Below are positions 10,780 through 21,462 of a DNA stretch of 32,000 nt, one piece after another. A program made the position numbers and the translations under genes. Source of the DNA: Flavobacteriaceae bacterium. GTDB taxonomy: Bacteria; Bacteroidota; Bacteroidia; Flavobacteriales; Flavobacteriaceae. Location: contig OZ245049.1 of assembly GCA_965224465.1 (NCBI GenBank), forward strand, positions 1,710,001 to 1,742,000, written 5' to 3'. Every line of letters starts with the position of its first letter. Within the stretch, counting starts at the first letter, position 1. The notes below the pieces were generated by a model. That model ran no database searches and was not told the DNA's origin. It worked only from the letters and a program-made list of their open reading frames with translations.

Positions 10780-11616
10780 TTATACTTTATTATATTTCAC
10801 TGCCACCCAATTATTACGCTCTTTAAAAGAGTCTTGAACCATTGAATATTTTGTCACTTCTGCCTCTATAACAGGAATATCTTCTTTATAAAAACCACTT
10901 AACAATAAGGTACCTCCATTATTAAGACAGGTAATATACCGATTCATATCATTCAATAAAATATTGCGATTGATATTTGCGATAATTAGGTCGTATTTCT
11001 TTCCTTCCAAAAGAGAAGCCTCTCCTACAAAAACGGAAATATGATTGCATTTATTGCGTTCCACATTTTCTATAGAATTCTCGTAACACCATTGGTCTAT
11101 ATCTATAGCATCTATAGGATTTGCCCCACGCATTTCGGCAAATATCGCCAAAATACCAGTACCACAGCCCATGTCCAATACTTTTTTGTTTTCCACATTT
11201 AAATCTAGCAAATGCTGAATCATCAAATGTGTTGTTTCATGATGCCCTGTACCAAAGCTCATTTTGGGTTCTATCACAATATCATATTCAAGTTGGGGAT
11301 TCTCGTGAAAAGGGGCACGAATACTTACAATTCCATCAACTTGAATTTGGTTGAAATTTTTCTCCCACTCAATATTCCAATTGGTTTGTTCAATTTCTTC
11401 TTGCTCAAAACTAATAGTAAACTCTGCTGATTTCAGCACGTTTATATCTTCTAAAATCTGAGCATTCCATTCGTTTTTTTGAATGTACGCGATGACACCA
11501 TCTTCGTTCTCTACAAAACTTTCAAACCCAGCAAAACCGAGTTCAGCAATCAAAATTTCGGTCCCCGGTTGCAATGGGTGAACCTTAAAAGTGTAACCTA
11601 AATATATTGTATCCAT
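10780..11616 (-). CDS. prmA: ribosomal protein L11 methyltransferase
   Basis: FGTGHHETTHLM motif and SAM-binding VLDMGCGTGILAI. The start is placed at the internal ATG (MDTIYLGY) rather than the ORF-track start at 11637. Confidence 0.88.
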   Translation of the reverse strand: MDTIYLGYTFKVHPLQPGTEILIAELGFAGFESFVENEDGVIAYIQKNEWNAQILEDINVLKSAEFTISFEQEEIEQTNWNIEWEKNFNQIQVDGIVSIRAPFHENPQLEYDIVIEPKMSFGTGHHETTHLMIQHLLDLNVENKKVLDMGCGTGILAIFAEMRGANPIDAIDIDQWCYENSIENVERNKCNHISVFVGEASLLEGKKYDLIIANINRNILLNDMNRYITCLNNGGTLLLSGFYKEDIPVIEAEVTKYSMVQDSFKERNNWVAVKYNKV

Positions 11617-11638
11617 AAGTGTGCAAATATACAACAAA

Positions 11639-11681
11639 AGAGCTTATGAGTTTTTAGAAAAATCTAATACTCATAAGCTCT
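11639..11681 (-). terminator. hairpin downstream of tpiA
   Basis: 13-bp arms AGAGCTTATGAGT / ACTCATAAGCTCT, located 27 nt after the tpiA stop on the minus strand. Confidence 0.5.
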
Positions 11682-11707
11682 AATAAAACCAAATTATTTA
11701 TTTTATA

Positions 11708-12469
11708 CTACAATGTAGCGTCAATGATAGCGGTAAAATCGCTTGCATTTAATGCAGCTCCACCAATCAATCCTCCATCTACATCATTTTTAGAAAAGAT
11801 CTCTTTTGCGTTGGCAGGTTTTACACTACCACCATATAAAATAGATACGTTTTCTGCTACGTCATTCCCATACGTTTCTTTCACCAAACCACGGATAAAT
11901 GCATGCATATCTTGTGCTTGTTCAGGAGATGCTGTTTCACCAGTACCAATTGCCCAAACAGGCTCGTATGCTAATACAATATTTGACCATGCGCTAGCTT
12001 CTAGGTGAAACAAACCATTTTTTATTTGAGATTCAACCACTTTAAAGTGATTTTCCGATTTTCTATCTTCCAATACTTCACCAAAACAGAAAATTACTTC
12101 TAAATTATTAGCCAAAGCTGCATTCACTTTTTCAGCCAATAAAGCATCTGTTTCTCCAAAATACTCACGTCTTTCTGAATGTCCTAAAATTACAGTTTTT
12201 AAACCAATAGAAGTTAACATTTCAGCTGATATTTCTCCAGTAAAAGCGCCATTTTTTGCTTGATGCATATTTTGTGCAGCAACTTCTACAGCAGAACCAT
12301 TTGCCAAATCTTGAACGGCAACTAAATTTACAAAGGTAGGTGCCACCACAACTCTTGTATTGGTGAATGTTTTTGATTTAACTGCCTCCACTAGCTCTTT
12401 TACCAATGCTTTAGACTCGTTAATATCGTTGTTCATTTTCCAGTTACCTGCAACTATATATTTTCTCAT
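11708..12469 (-). CDS. tpiA: triosephosphate isomerase
   Basis: Motifs VAGNWKMN, ILGHSERR, AYEPVWAIGTG and GGSVKP. Confidence 0.95.
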   Translation of the reverse strand: MRKYIVAGNWKMNNDINESKALVKELVEAVKSKTFTNTRVVVAPTFVNLVAVQDLANGSAVEVAAQNMHQAKNGAFTGEISAEMLTSIGLKTVILGHSERREYFGETDALLAEKVNAALANNLEVIFCFGEVLEDRKSENHFKVVESQIKNGLFHLEASAWSNIVLAYEPVWAIGTGETASPEQAQDMHAFIRGLVKETYGNDVAENVSILYGGSVKPANAKEIFSKNDVDGGLIGGAALNASDFTAIIDATL

Positions 12470-12651
12470 TTTGGTCTATTTTTAAGGTGATTTCTAATCC
12501 TTATATTAATAGTACAAATGTACACTAATATTCGTTTTTATAAAATTCGTTTTTAACAAAATAACGAAAACGATTGATATCAAAATTAATAGTTCTATAC
12601 AGGACTTATCTTCAAGCTAAAAAGCTTATTTTTGCGTTTTAAAATCACCCT

Positions 12652-13470
12652 ATGACTACGCAACAACTCATCTCAGAAATAAAGAAAAAGAAATCGTTTT
12701 TATGCATCGGACTAGATGTGGACATGGAGAAAATACCTAAACATTTAGCTGCTCTCGACGATCCGATTTTTGAGTTTAACAAGCAAATAATTGATGCTAC
12801 ACACCACCTGGCAGTAGCTTACAAACCCAACACTGCTTTTTATGAGGCTTATGGTATCAAAGGATGGAAATCCTTAGAAAAAACCATTCGTTATTTAAAT
12901 GAAAAATATCCTGATATTTTCACAATAGCAGATGCCAAACGCGGTGACATAGGAAATACATCTACCATGTACGCTAAAGCTTTTTTTGAAGATTTGAATT
13001 TCGATTCCGTAACTGTAGCTCCTTATATGGGACAAGATTCTGTAGAACCTTTTTTAGCCTTTGAAGATAAAATTACCATTTTATTAGCTTTGACATCTAA
13101 CAAAGGAGGGCTGGACTTCCAAGGTTTAAAAACCGACAGACAAGAAATTTACAAGCATGTATTAGAAACAGCTATTACTTGGAACAACTCACAAAACCTA
13201 ATGTTTGTAGTTGGAGCCACAAAAGCTGAATATTTTAAAGGTATTCGAAAAATAATCCCCAATCATTTTATACTAGTTCCAGGGGTTGGTGCTCAAGGAG
13301 GAAATTTACAAGACGTATGCAAATATGGAATCACAAAAGACTGTGGCTTACTAATCAATTCTTCTAGAGGGATTATCTATGCAGGATCTGAAGAAAATTT
13401 TGCAGAAATGGCCGCAAAAAAAGCAGGTGAATTACAACAGGAAATGGCAATAATCTTAGCAACTTTATAA
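12652..13470 (+). CDS. pyrF: orotidine 5'-phosphate decarboxylase (long, type 2 form)
   Basis: 272 aa. Motifs [19 protein letters not shown] and VPGVGAQGG. Confidence 0.88.
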   Translation: MTTQQLISEIKKKKSFLCIGLDVDMEKIPKHLAALDDPIFEFNKQIIDATHHLAVAYKPNTAFYEAYGIKGWKSLEKTIRYLNEKYPDIFTIADAKRGDIGNTSTMYAKAFFEDLNFDSVTVAPYMGQDSVEPFLAFEDKITILLALTSNKGGLDFQGLKTDRQEIYKHVLETAITWNNSQNLMFVVGATKAEYFKGIRKIIPNHFILVPGVGAQGGNLQDVCKYGITKDCGLLINSSRGIIYAGSEENFAEMAAKKAGELQQEMAIILATL

Positions 13471-13473
13471 GCA

Positions 13474-14280
13474 ATGAAAACATATAAAGACCAACTAGGA
13501 AGAACCATCGAACTTACCAAGACTCCAATGCGAATCATAAGCATTGTCCCTTCTATTACAGAATTATTGCACGATTTAGGGCTGGAAGATAAAATTGTGG
13601 GGATTACTACCTTCTGCGTTCATCCGTATCATTTTTCAACAACAAAAACGAGTGTAGGAGGTACAAAAAAAGTTAATTTACAAAAAGTAAAAAAATTAAA
13701 CCCTGACTTTATCATCTGTAACAAAGAAGAAAACACTCCTGAAATGGTAAAGGAGCTCTCAGAAATCGCTCCTGTATATGTTTCGGATGTAAATACGATC
13801 CAGGACTCTTTGGATTTAATCCAACAACTTGGAAACATCCTTTCTTGCAGAACAGAAGCAATTAATTTAGTTACAAAAATCAACTATAAATTAGATGATT
13901 TTAAACTGTACATCCATAACAAACCTATGCGTAAAGTCGCCTATTTTATTTGGGCAAACCCGTGGATGGTTGCAGGAAACAACACTTTTATAAACGAAAT
14001 ATTAAAACTTAATAAATTCGAAAACATTTATCAAAACAGAGAAAGATACCCTACAATTAAATTAGAAAAGATTCGTTTTGACGGAGACCCTCGCATTGTT
14101 TTATTGCCTTCAGAACCCTTCAAATTTAACGATGATCACGCCTTTGAAATTGCCAGTTACGCCAATAGATCTATGACTGTTTTTGCAGACGGAGAATATT
14201 TTAGCTGGTATGGTTCTCGTTTATTAAAAGCTTTTGATTACTTTAAAAAATTACAAGAAAAAATAGACAGCAGTTTTTAA
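13474..14280 (+). CDS. TroA/BtuF-like periplasmic-binding-fold protein (cobalamin/siderophore-binding family), no obvious signal peptide
   Basis: RIISIVPSITELLHDLGLEDKIVGITTFC...NPDFIICNKEENT has the pattern of helical-backbone binding proteins. The start lies 3 nt after pyrF. Confidence 0.6.
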   Translation: MKTYKDQLGRTIELTKTPMRIISIVPSITELLHDLGLEDKIVGITTFCVHPYHFSTTKTSVGGTKKVNLQKVKKLNPDFIICNKEENTPEMVKELSEIAPVYVSDVNTIQDSLDLIQQLGNILSCRTEAINLVTKINYKLDDFKLYIHNKPMRKVAYFIWANPWMVAGNNTFINEILKLNKFENIYQNRERYPTIKLEKIRFDGDPRIVLLPSEPFKFNDDHAFEIASYANRSMTVFADGEYFSWYGSRLLKAFDYFKKLQEKIDSSF

Positions 14281-14298
14281 AACTACTGTCTATTTTTT
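14258..14298 (+). terminator. rho-independent terminator overlapping the stop codon of the preceding gene
   Basis: Arms ATAGACAGCAGTT / AACTACTGTCTAT (1 mismatch), 5-nt loop containing the TAA, followed by a T5-6 run. Confidence 0.65.
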
Positions 14299-14376
14299 AA
14301 ACATCGACAACCTCATCAAAGGTTGTGAGAAATGTTTGTAATACCAAACACAATGCGTTCCGCTGTAAAGAGCTGT

Positions 14377-15099
14377 CTATCTTCTCAATTGATCTTGTAA
14401 AGCAAAAACTTTTCGCAATAAATCTGTATTTCTAGACCCCATTTTAGTTCTTATATTTTTCTCTTCAATAGCTACCATCTTAAAGACACCTGCCAAAGCT
14501 TCTGTGGTTACATAATCCGTTAAATCTGGATTCACTTTACTTACAAAAGGGACACTGTTATATTTTGAAATTAAATTTCCCCATATTTTATCTGCACCAA
14601 CTTTTTGAAACGATTTTTTGATAATCGGATTAAATTTTTGATATAATGCTGCTGTCGTAGCGCTCTTCAAATAACCAGTAGCAGCCATATTATTCCCTAA
14701 TAAAATCTGTCTTGCATCATTAAAAGTCATGCCTTTAATCGCATTTACAAATACAGGGATTGCTTCCGAAACAGCATCTTCTGCAGCCCTATTCAATACT
14801 TTCAAGCCTTCATCTGCCAAACGACTTAGTCCGATAGAGCGCAATGTTTTATCTACTTTTTGTAATTCTGCTGGCAATACTATTTTTACTAAACTATTTT
14901 TATTAAAGCCATCTTTAAGTGCTAAGGTACTCACTTGTTTGGTAATACCATTATCTAAAGCTTGCTTTAAGCCAGCTGCTATCTGAGCATTTCCTATACC
15001 AGTTCCCCCATCCGTAGGCAATTGATTGATTACCTGTTGCAACTCGGCACATGCGGTACATTGAAACACCAATAACACCATCATCATTTTTTTTATCAT
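14377..15099 (-). CDS. DUF4197-family lipoprotein
   Basis: Start taken at MIKKMMMVLLVFQCTAC (signal peptide/lipobox). The body matches the DUF4197 pattern I recall (GLKQALDNG..., LNRAAEDAV..., IKGMTFNDA, DLTDYVT, LLRKVF). The longer ORF-track start at 15183 would overlap the upstream small gene. Confidence 0.7.
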   Translation of the reverse strand: MIKKMMMVLLVFQCTACAELQQVINQLPTDGGTGIGNAQIAAGLKQALDNGITKQVSTLALKDGFNKNSLVKIVLPAELQKVDKTLRSIGLSRLADEGLKVLNRAAEDAVSEAIPVFVNAIKGMTFNDARQILLGNNMAATGYLKSATTAALYQKFNPIIKKSFQKVGADKIWGNLISKYNSVPFVSKVNPDLTDYVTTEALAGVFKMVAIEEKNIRTKMGSRNTDLLRKVFALQDQLRR

Positions 15100-15109
15100 C
15101 TTTCTAATT

Positions 15110-15277
15110 TTAATTAAATCTATTTGTTTTTTTATCATATCCATACGGACAATGTTTACAACCACTCTTACAGCAATACCCACGTTTTAAATGATATTTT
15201 TCAGTAAACACTCTGTAACCTTGATCATTTGTGTAATAATCGCCCTCTTCTAAAGGAACAAACTTCTTAAACTCCAT
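15110..15277 (-). CDS. small Cys-rich conserved protein (DUF5522-like), 55 aa
   Basis: Not in the ORF track because it is under 60 aa. Translation: MEFKKFVPLEEGDYYTNDQGYRVFTEKYHLKRGYCCKSGCKHCPYGYDKKTNRFN. The YHLKRGYCC.SGC.HCPYG motif is the one I associate with flavobacterial DUF5522 proteins. Confidence 0.6.
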   Translation of the reverse strand: MEFKKFVPLEEGDYYTNDQGYRVFTEKYHLKRGYCCKSGCKHCPYGYDKKTNRFN

Positions 15278-15389
15278 AAATACAAATATAAAAAAAAGCC
15301 ATAATAATAAGTTGTTTTATCCTATTCTATTTTAATCTAAATGAATAAAACCAACTTATTATTATGACCTTACTAAACGTCCTACCAAT

Positions 15390-15917
15390 TTACTTAGTTG
15401 GCGGATAACTTTTCATTATTTCAAACACAAATTCATTAATCTTTGCCTCTTTTTTTGCAACATTCCCAGAACTAGTCAAGACTCCTGAACCAATACCTTG
15501 CCATGCCAATTCCTTTTTTCGAGCATCTATTAAATCGATAAATAAGGTACCTTCCGTATATTTTGAAATACGAGTTCCAGAATTAGGTCCGTAATACCAT
15601 GGATACCACATATCGTAATAACCGCTTTGATATATACTTACTTTCTGATGTGCTTTCGTAAAAATATTAACCAAAATATCTGGATCGTTCGATTTTGTAA
15701 AACCTTTTGCTAATAATTCTTGTTCTACTGCTGCTAAAATTCTCTTTTTATCCAATGATGAAATTTCTACTTTATCAATTCCTTTTTTATAAAAAGCAAA
15801 CGTTTTATACTTAGAAAAATCCGTTTTCGAATCATAATCTGAACTTACACGAATACTTACACAAGAATTCAGTAAAACAACAAATAGAAATACCGACACT
15901 AATTTTAAAATCTTCAT
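15390..15917 (-). CDS. DUF4136-family lipoprotein
   Basis: Lipobox LLNSC, then SSDYDSKTDFSKYKTFAF, YTEGTLFIDLIDARKKELAWQG, and a C-terminal ...MKSYPP. Confidence 0.75.
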   Translation of the reverse strand: MKILKLVSVFLFVVLLNSCVSIRVSSDYDSKTDFSKYKTFAFYKKGIDKVEISSLDKKRILAAVEQELLAKGFTKSNDPDILVNIFTKAHQKVSIYQSGYYDMWYPWYYGPNSGTRISKYTEGTLFIDLIDARKKELAWQGIGSGVLTSSGNVAKKEAKINEFVFEIMKSYPPTK

Positions 15918-16433
15918 TACATATATTTTTTAGATGATACAAAAGTCTCATAAACAGACATCATTCAGAGAAACAGCACATGCATAATGTACTGCAAACA
16001 TCTTAAATAATTAAACAAAAATCATGCCGAATAACTTATATTGAAACTCACCCGATTTTATTCTATTCTTTACAACTTACTCCTTATCAAATAAGTAGTC
16101 AATTACCTCACCAGCAAAGACACGAAGCATGTTCCCAAAAGAATATGTTCTATTATAAAAGGAATCCCCTCAATAAGGATTTAACATATTTCCTCGAAAA
16201 CGATTATGCCATTGTTTAAAAAACACGGCAAACTCAGCACAAAACTGATCTTTTACGAAAAAAACAAATTCAGTAGTAGTAATACCAATTTACAATGAAA
16301 TGAGACTAACTGCGCTATTTATTTAAAAAAACAAACCTGCTTACACCAATGTAACTCACAGTAGTTCAGCACAAAAAACAAAGATACTCTTTTTTAAACG
16401 ATAGCAAAACAAACTTTATTACTCCAAGGATAA

Positions 16434-16600
16434 ACACCAACTAAAACCCAAAATAACCGATATAAATAATCTGTTTTACGTTCTAACGTTGTTAAAAAAT
16501 AGAACGATAGCTAACCAAGGCGCTACCCTTAGATTATTTGCCTAGCTAAAACAAAAAATAATTCCATTTCTAATCCATCACTTGGAAAATTACTTGGTAT
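16434..16600 (+). repeat. MITE-like dispersed repeat, copy C (variant internal loop)
   Basis: Starts ACACCAACTAAAACCCAAAATAACCGATATAAATAAT and ends CCATCACTTGGAAAATTACTTGGTAT. The TAGCTAA..GCCTAGCTA internal stem is kept, but the loop sequence differs from other copies. Confidence 0.75.
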
Positions 16601-16725
16601 GATTTCTTAAAAACAAATAAACAAAACAGACTTCACAACCAAAAACCCTGTTTTATAACTATTCCACAATACAAACATCTTTAGACTAAATAAATGACTA
16701 AATTGCAGTATAACAATACAAACAG

Positions 16726-19700
16726 ATGACTCAACAAACACCTTATACTCCAAGTAATAAAATACGAATTGTAACTGCTGCTTCACTTTTTGATGGCCAT
16801 GATGCCGCCATTAATGTAATGCGACGCATCATCCAATCTACAGGCGTGGAAGTTATACACCTAGGCCACGACAGAAGCGTAGAAGAAGTTGTAAATACAG
16901 CCATCCAAGAAGATGCAAATGCTATTGCCATTACCTCCTACCAAGGAGGACATAACGAATATTTTAAATACATGGTTGACCTACTTAAAGAAAAAGGGGC
17001 TTCAAATATTAAAATATTTGGCGGAGGTGGAGGTGTAATTTTACCATCAGAAATCGCCGATTTAATGGATTATGGAATTACAAAAATATACACTCCAGAT
17101 GACGGAAGAAAATTGGGACTCCAAGGGATGATAAACGATATGATTTCCCAATGTGATTACCCTACAGGAGAAAACATAACAACAACTATTGATGCGTTTC
17201 AGCTACAAAACATACAAACAATTGCCAATGCCATTTCTGCAGCAGAAAATTTCCCAGAAAAGCATGCCGACTTTATAAAAACCATACGCAAAAAGGCATC
17301 CAAATCCAACATCCCTGTATTGGGAATTACGGGAACTGGAGGAGCTGGAAAATCGAGTTTAGTAGATGAACTTGTACGTAGGTTTTTACAAGATTTCCCT
17401 AGTAAAAAACTAGCCATAGTATCGGTAGACCCTTCTAAACGCAAAACAGGAGGCGCATTACTCGGAGACAGAATCCGTATGAACGCCATCAAAACAGACC
17501 GTGTCTACATGCGTTCTTTAGCTACTAGACAATCTAACTTAGCCTTATCAAAACACGTGAGCGATGCCATTGACATCTTGAAAATCTCTGCTTTTGACTT
17601 GGTTATTCTAGAGACCTCCGGTATTGGTCAAAGTGACACTGAAATACTAGATCATTCGGATGTATCTTTATATGTTATGACGCCCGAGTACGGTGCAGCT
17701 ACCCAGTTGGAAAAAATTGACATGATTGACTTTGCGGATGTAATCGCCTTGAATAAATTTGACAAAAGAGGCGCTCTTGACGCACTTCGAGACGTTAGAA
17801 AACAATACCAACGCACTCATAATTTATGGAAAGAAGACATTGACAGCATGCCTGTCTACGGCACAATCGCATCACAGTTTAACGATCCTGGTGCAAACAA
17901 CCTATACCGTGTTTTGATTCAAAAACTAAACGAAAAAACCAATGTAAATTTCGAAAGCTCGTTTGAAATCACCAAATGCATGAGCGAGAAACAGTATATC
18001 ATCCCTCCAAATAGAACACGTTATCTATCAGAAATATCAGAAAACAATCGCACATACAATCAAGAAAGCACAACTCAAAAAGAAATTGCTCAAAAACTAT
18101 TCGGTATTTTTAAAACCATCTGCTCTGTTGCAAATATCAACAAAAATCCCCATCAATTTTTATCAAAAAACGGACTGAAAGAGACTGAGATAATTTCGGC
18201 ATTAGAAACCAAAGAAAACACCGAATTCTTAGGGCTTTTATTTAAAGAATTTGCACGTGTAAAAATGGATCTAAACCCACACAACTGGAACATAATTACC
18301 CAATGGGACACAAAAAAACAACGCTACAAAAACGATGTCTTTCTATTTAAGGTACGTGATAAAGAAATTAAAATAGCGACACATAGCGAATCACTTTCTC
18401 ATACAAAAATACCCAAAATTTGTCTGCCATCCTACGAAGCTTGGGGAGACATCCTATTCTGGTCATTACAAGAAAATGTTCCTGGAGAGTTCCCTTTTGC
18501 TGCTGGAATTTACCCATTCAAAAGAACGGGTGAAGACCCAACAAGAATGTTTGCAGGTGAAGGCGGCCCGGAACGCACCAATAGACGGTTTCATTATGTA
18601 AGTTTAGGCATGCCAGCAAAAAGGCTCTCTACCGCTTTTGACAGCGTAACTCTTTATGGAAACGACCCAAACAAAAGACCCGATGTTTACGGGAAAATAG
18701 GAAATGCAGGTGTATCCATCTGCTGCTTAGACGATGCTAAAAAACTATACGCTGGTTTTGATTTAACAGCCCCAATGACCTCTGTTTCCATGACTATTAA
18801 CGGCCCCGCCCCAATGATGCTAGGTTTTTTTATGAATGCAGCCATAGATCAAGAGTGTGAGAAATACATTAAAAAAAATCATTTAGAAAAAGAAATAAAC
18901 AAGAAGATAGATAAAATCTACTCTACTAAAAATACTGAACGGACTCAATACCAAGGAGAACTTCCAGAAGGAAATAACGGATTGGGATTGTTTTTATTAG
19001 GAGTTACAGGTGATGAGGTATTGCCTTTAGATATTTACACAAAAATCAAATACGAGACCATTTCCAAAGTAAGAGGAACCGTACAGGCGGACATATTAAA
19101 AGAAGACCAAGCACAAAACACCTGTATCTTTTCTACAGAGTTTGCTTTGAGACTTATGGGAGATGTTCAAGAATATTTTATCGATAATAATATCCGTAAT
19201 TTTTATTCTGTTTCTATTTCAGGATATCACATTGCCGAAGCAGGCGCCAATCCTATTACCCAATTAGCTTTTACTTTAGCTAACGGATTTACGTATGTGG
19301 AATACTACCTATCTCGTGGCATGGACATTAATAAGTTTGGACCAAATCTATCCTTTTTCTTCTCCAACGGAATCGATCCAGAATATGCAGTAATAGGACG
19401 TGTAGCTAGAAGAATTTGGTCAAAAGCAATGAAACAGAAATACGGCGCTAATTCTAGGGCTCAAATGATGAAATACCATATACAAACCTCTGGACGCTCT
19501 TTACACGCTCAAGAAATTGACTTTAACGACATCCGAACCTCTCTTCAAGCCTTGTATGCAATCTATGACAATTGCAATAGTTTACATACAAATGCCTACG
19601 ATGAGGCCATTACAACACCTACCGAAGAAAGTGTCCGAAGAGCCATGGCGATCCAACTAATTATAAATAAAGAATTAGGGCTCACCAAGAATGAGAATCC

Positions 19701-20172
19701 TATCCAAGGAGCATTTATTATTGAAGAATTGACCGATTTATTTGAAGAAGCTGTCTATACAGAATTTGACAGAATCACGGAAAGAGGAGGTGTTTTAGGA
19801 GCCATGGAAACCATGTATCAACGCAGCAAGATACAAGAAGAGAGTTTGTATTATGAAACTTTAAAACACACAGGTAAGTTTCCTGTTATTGGAGTAAACA
19901 CCTTCTTAAGTAAAGACGGATCTCCTACCGTCCTTCCAGAAGAAGTAATACGCGCAACAGAAGAAGAAAAAAAACAGCAAATTCTCACGGTCACAAACCT
20001 ACACCATAATACGGATAAAAAAACAGCAGAACAGCTAGAATTACTTCAAATAAAATCGATCAACAATGAAAATATTTTCGAACAATTAATGGAAGCGACT
20101 AAAATATGTTCCCTTGGTCAAATTACAGAAGCACTCTTTAAAGTAGGAGGACAATACAGAAGAAATATGTAG
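16726..20172 (+). CDS. icmF: fused B12-dependent acyl-CoA mutase (IcmF-type: B12-binding domain + MeaB-like G-protein + mutase barrel)
   Basis: The N-terminal B12 domain has the DxHxxG motif ([11 protein letters not shown]). The P-loop is [17 protein letters not shown], with a NKFD box. The large C-terminal part is a methylmalonyl/isobutyryl-CoA mutase substrate domain ([43 protein letters not shown]). Confidence 0.88.
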   Translation: MTQQTPYTPSNKIRIVTAASLFDGHDAAINVMRRIIQSTGVEVIHLGHDRSVEEVVNTAIQEDANAIAITSYQGGHNEYFKYMVDLLKEKGASNIKIFGGGGGVILPSEIADLMDYGITKIYTPDDGRKLGLQGMINDMISQCDYPTGENITTTIDAFQLQNIQTIANAISAAENFPEKHADFIKTIRKKASKSNIPVLGITGTGGAGKSSLVDELVRRFLQDFPSKKLAIVSVDPSKRKTGGALLGDRIRMNAIKTDRVYMRSLATRQSNLALSKHVSDAIDILKISAFDLVILETSGIGQSDTEILDHSDVSLYVMTPEYGAATQLEKIDMIDFADVIALNKFDKRGALDALRDVRKQYQRTHNLWKEDIDSMPVYGTIASQFNDPGANNLYRVLIQKLNEKTNVNFESSFEITKCMSEKQYIIPPNRTRYLSEISENNRTYNQESTTQKEIAQKLFGIFKTICSVANINKNPHQFLSKNGLKETEIISALETKENTEFLGLLFKEFARVKMDLNPHNWNIITQWDTKKQRYKNDVFLFKVRDKEIKIATHSESLSHTKIPKICLPSYEAWGDILFWSLQENVPGEFPFAAGIYPFKRTGEDPTRMFAGEGGPERTNRRFHYVSLGMPAKRLSTAFDSVTLYGNDPNKRPDVYGKIGNAGVSICCLDDAKKLYAGFDLTAPMTSVSMTINGPAPMMLGFFMNAAIDQECEKYIKKNHLEKEINKKIDKIYSTKNTERTQYQGELPEGNNGLGLFLLGVTGDEVLPLDIYTKIKYETISKVRGTVQADILKEDQAQNTCIFSTEFALRLMGDVQEYFIDNNIRNFYSVSISGYHIAEAGANPITQLAFTLANGFTYVEYYLSRGMDINKFGPNLSFFFSNGIDPEYAVIGRVARRIWSKAMKQKYGANSRAQMMKYHIQTSGRSLHAQEIDFNDIRTSLQALYAIYDNCNSLHTNAYDEAITTPTEESVRRAMAIQLIINKELGLTKNENPIQGAFIIEELTDLFEEAVYTEFDRITERGGVLGAMETMYQRSKIQEESLYYETLKHTGKFPVIGVNTFLSKDGSPTVLPEEVIRATEEEKKQQILTVTNLHHNTDKKTAEQLELLQIKSINNENIFEQLMEATKICSLGQITEALFKVGGQYRRNM

Positions 20173-20180
20173 ATAGGTCT

Positions 20181-20226
20181 ATAAACCAATTACATTCCAA
20201 AACAACCGATATAAATAGTTGATTTC
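20181..20226 (+). repeat. MITE-like repeat, copy D, truncated after ~45 bp
   Basis: ATAAACCAATTACATTCCAAAACAACCGATATAAATAGTTGATTTCA matches the left end of copies E/F/H. It then switches abruptly to effector-gene sequence. Confidence 0.7.
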
Positions 20227-20385
20227 ATGAAGGATTCAAAAGGAGAAAATCACCCTGATTCAGGAGCAATAGATTTAATGAAATACTATAATAACGACCC
20301 AAAATATATTGATTATAAAAGGGCTAGTTCTTCGGAAAAAGACATTCCAGGTTTACTTTGGCTCACTAAATTAGAATTAAAATGA
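20227..20385 (+). pseudogene. orphan 3' fragment (last 52 codons) of an HExxH-effector paralogue
   Basis: MKDSKGENHPDSGAIDLMKYYNNDPKYIDYKRASSSEKDIPGLLWLTKLELK* aligns to the last ~55 aa of the 429-aa protein at 21929-23218. It lacks the HExxH region. Confidence 0.75.
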
Positions 20386-20755
20386 AGTATATTGTATTAT
20401 TAATTTTTATTTCTTTTTTTAGTTGTGAAAATAAAATAAAAACTAAAATAAAAGGCATTATCTATATCAATAAAGACCTTCCTGTTTTAAACATAGAAAT
20501 TGGCTCAAAAATTATATTTTCACCTATGCATTCTAAGTATGCTAAAAGGGTAGGTTTGGTTTTAAAAAAAACGGAGAATTTGAATTCGAAATAAAAAGAA
20601 CAGAGATGAAAGGAGACAATAATTTCGCTGTCATTTTTAGAAAAAAAGGATATAAAGATGAATACAGATTTGTAGACATTAGGAAGGGTGGAGAAATTAA
20701 TTTAGATACAATCTTTTTAAAACAAACCGACAGTATAACGTTGCCTAATAACTAA
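20382..20755 (+). pseudogene. small lipoprotein (putative immunity, family 1), frameshifted at an A8 tract
   Basis: Lipobox FFSC, with an ATGA overlap to the upstream fragment. Frame 0 stops at 20594. Frame 2 continues NGEFEFEIKRTEMKGDNNFAVIFRKKGYKDEYRFVDIRKGGEINLDTIFLKQTDSITLPNN* to 20755. The paralogue at 25704 has A9 at this position and stays in frame there. Confidence 0.7.
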
Positions 20756-20841
20756 GATTCGTGTGGTGCGTAGCGCTCAGAACGAACATAATGTTGACTA
20801 TACCGACTCAAAAGATAATACTATGGGGATTTCCCGAAGTT

Positions 20842-20997
20842 ATACCAAAATAAAATAACTGATACAAATAGTTTATTTCACGTTCTAGCGTTGTTAAAAA
20901 ACAGAACCATAGCTAAGGCTATCCATCCATTTTTCGCCTAGCTAAAACAAAAAATAACTCCATTTCTAAACCATCACTTGGAAATGTAGTTGGTATA
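20842..20997 (+). repeat. MITE-like dispersed repeat, copy E
   Basis: Starts ATACCAAAATAAAATAACTGATACAAATAG (left TIR partly deleted) and ends CCATCACTTGGAAATGTAGTTGGTATA. Confidence 0.75.
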
Positions 20998-21259
20998 ATT
21001 AAAAAATAGTTTCGTATGTAATAAATTTTTCTGCGAAAATTTCAGAGTTTTTTTGCCATAAAACTCATTCTAGGTAGCCCCTTAAGCACATCTATTAAGT
21101 ACTCATAACCGTTGTGTCATAAGCGCACTGTACCCATAGCAATTATTGTTTATTTTGTTATACTAATAAAGAAGCCATATTATAAGGCAGGAAAACAGGA
21201 ATCTCCCCTTTAAAACAAGCATGTAAACAAAATTAATCAGAATAAAAACACAATAACAC

Positions 21260-21289
21260 ATACGCGTATAACATTGTTTTATATATTTG
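21260..21289 (+). promoter_or_regulatory. candidate promoter/operator: 10-bp perfect palindrome ATACGCGTAT followed by a TAnnTTTG-type -7 box (TATATTTG)
   Basis: Palindrome at 21260-21269 and TATATTTG at 21282-21289, about 175 nt upstream of the Hcp-like ATG. The whole segment is duplicated at 25194-25223. No clear -33 TTTG element was seen. Confidence 0.35.
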
Positions 21290-21462
21290 ACCTACGCTTA
21301 AAAACAAACACGCCCTAACAACAAGCCTTCCCTACATTGTAAACTAAATGGATACACTATCAAGTTTAGAATTGTTATTGTGAGGATATGTGTATTACAA
21401 AGCATTGACACACTCCAAGAACTTAATACAACATATAACAACACAACATATAACAACACAAC

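Noticed and set aside
12529-12580. Direct repeats ATTCGTTTTTA x2 and an inverted AACGAAAACGA in the tpiA-pyrF divergent intergenic region as a possible operator, plus a TATTTTTG -7-like box at 12627-12634
   Set aside because: These are short, AT-rich and unreplicated elsewhere in the window, so they cannot be told apart from chance without comparative data.
15100-15183. Longer N-terminal extension of the DUF4197 ORF (ORF-track start at 15183)
   Set aside because: The extension overlaps a well-conserved 55-aa Cys-rich gene (15110-15277) in another frame. The internal start gives a proper signal peptide/lipobox.
15918-16725. Cobalamin riboswitch upstream of the B12-dependent mutase, or upstream of the BtuF-like gene at 13474
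   Set aside because: I could not find a B12-box-like GCCACTG core or the expected paired regions. The 13474 gene starts 3 nt after pyrF, which leaves no room for a leader.
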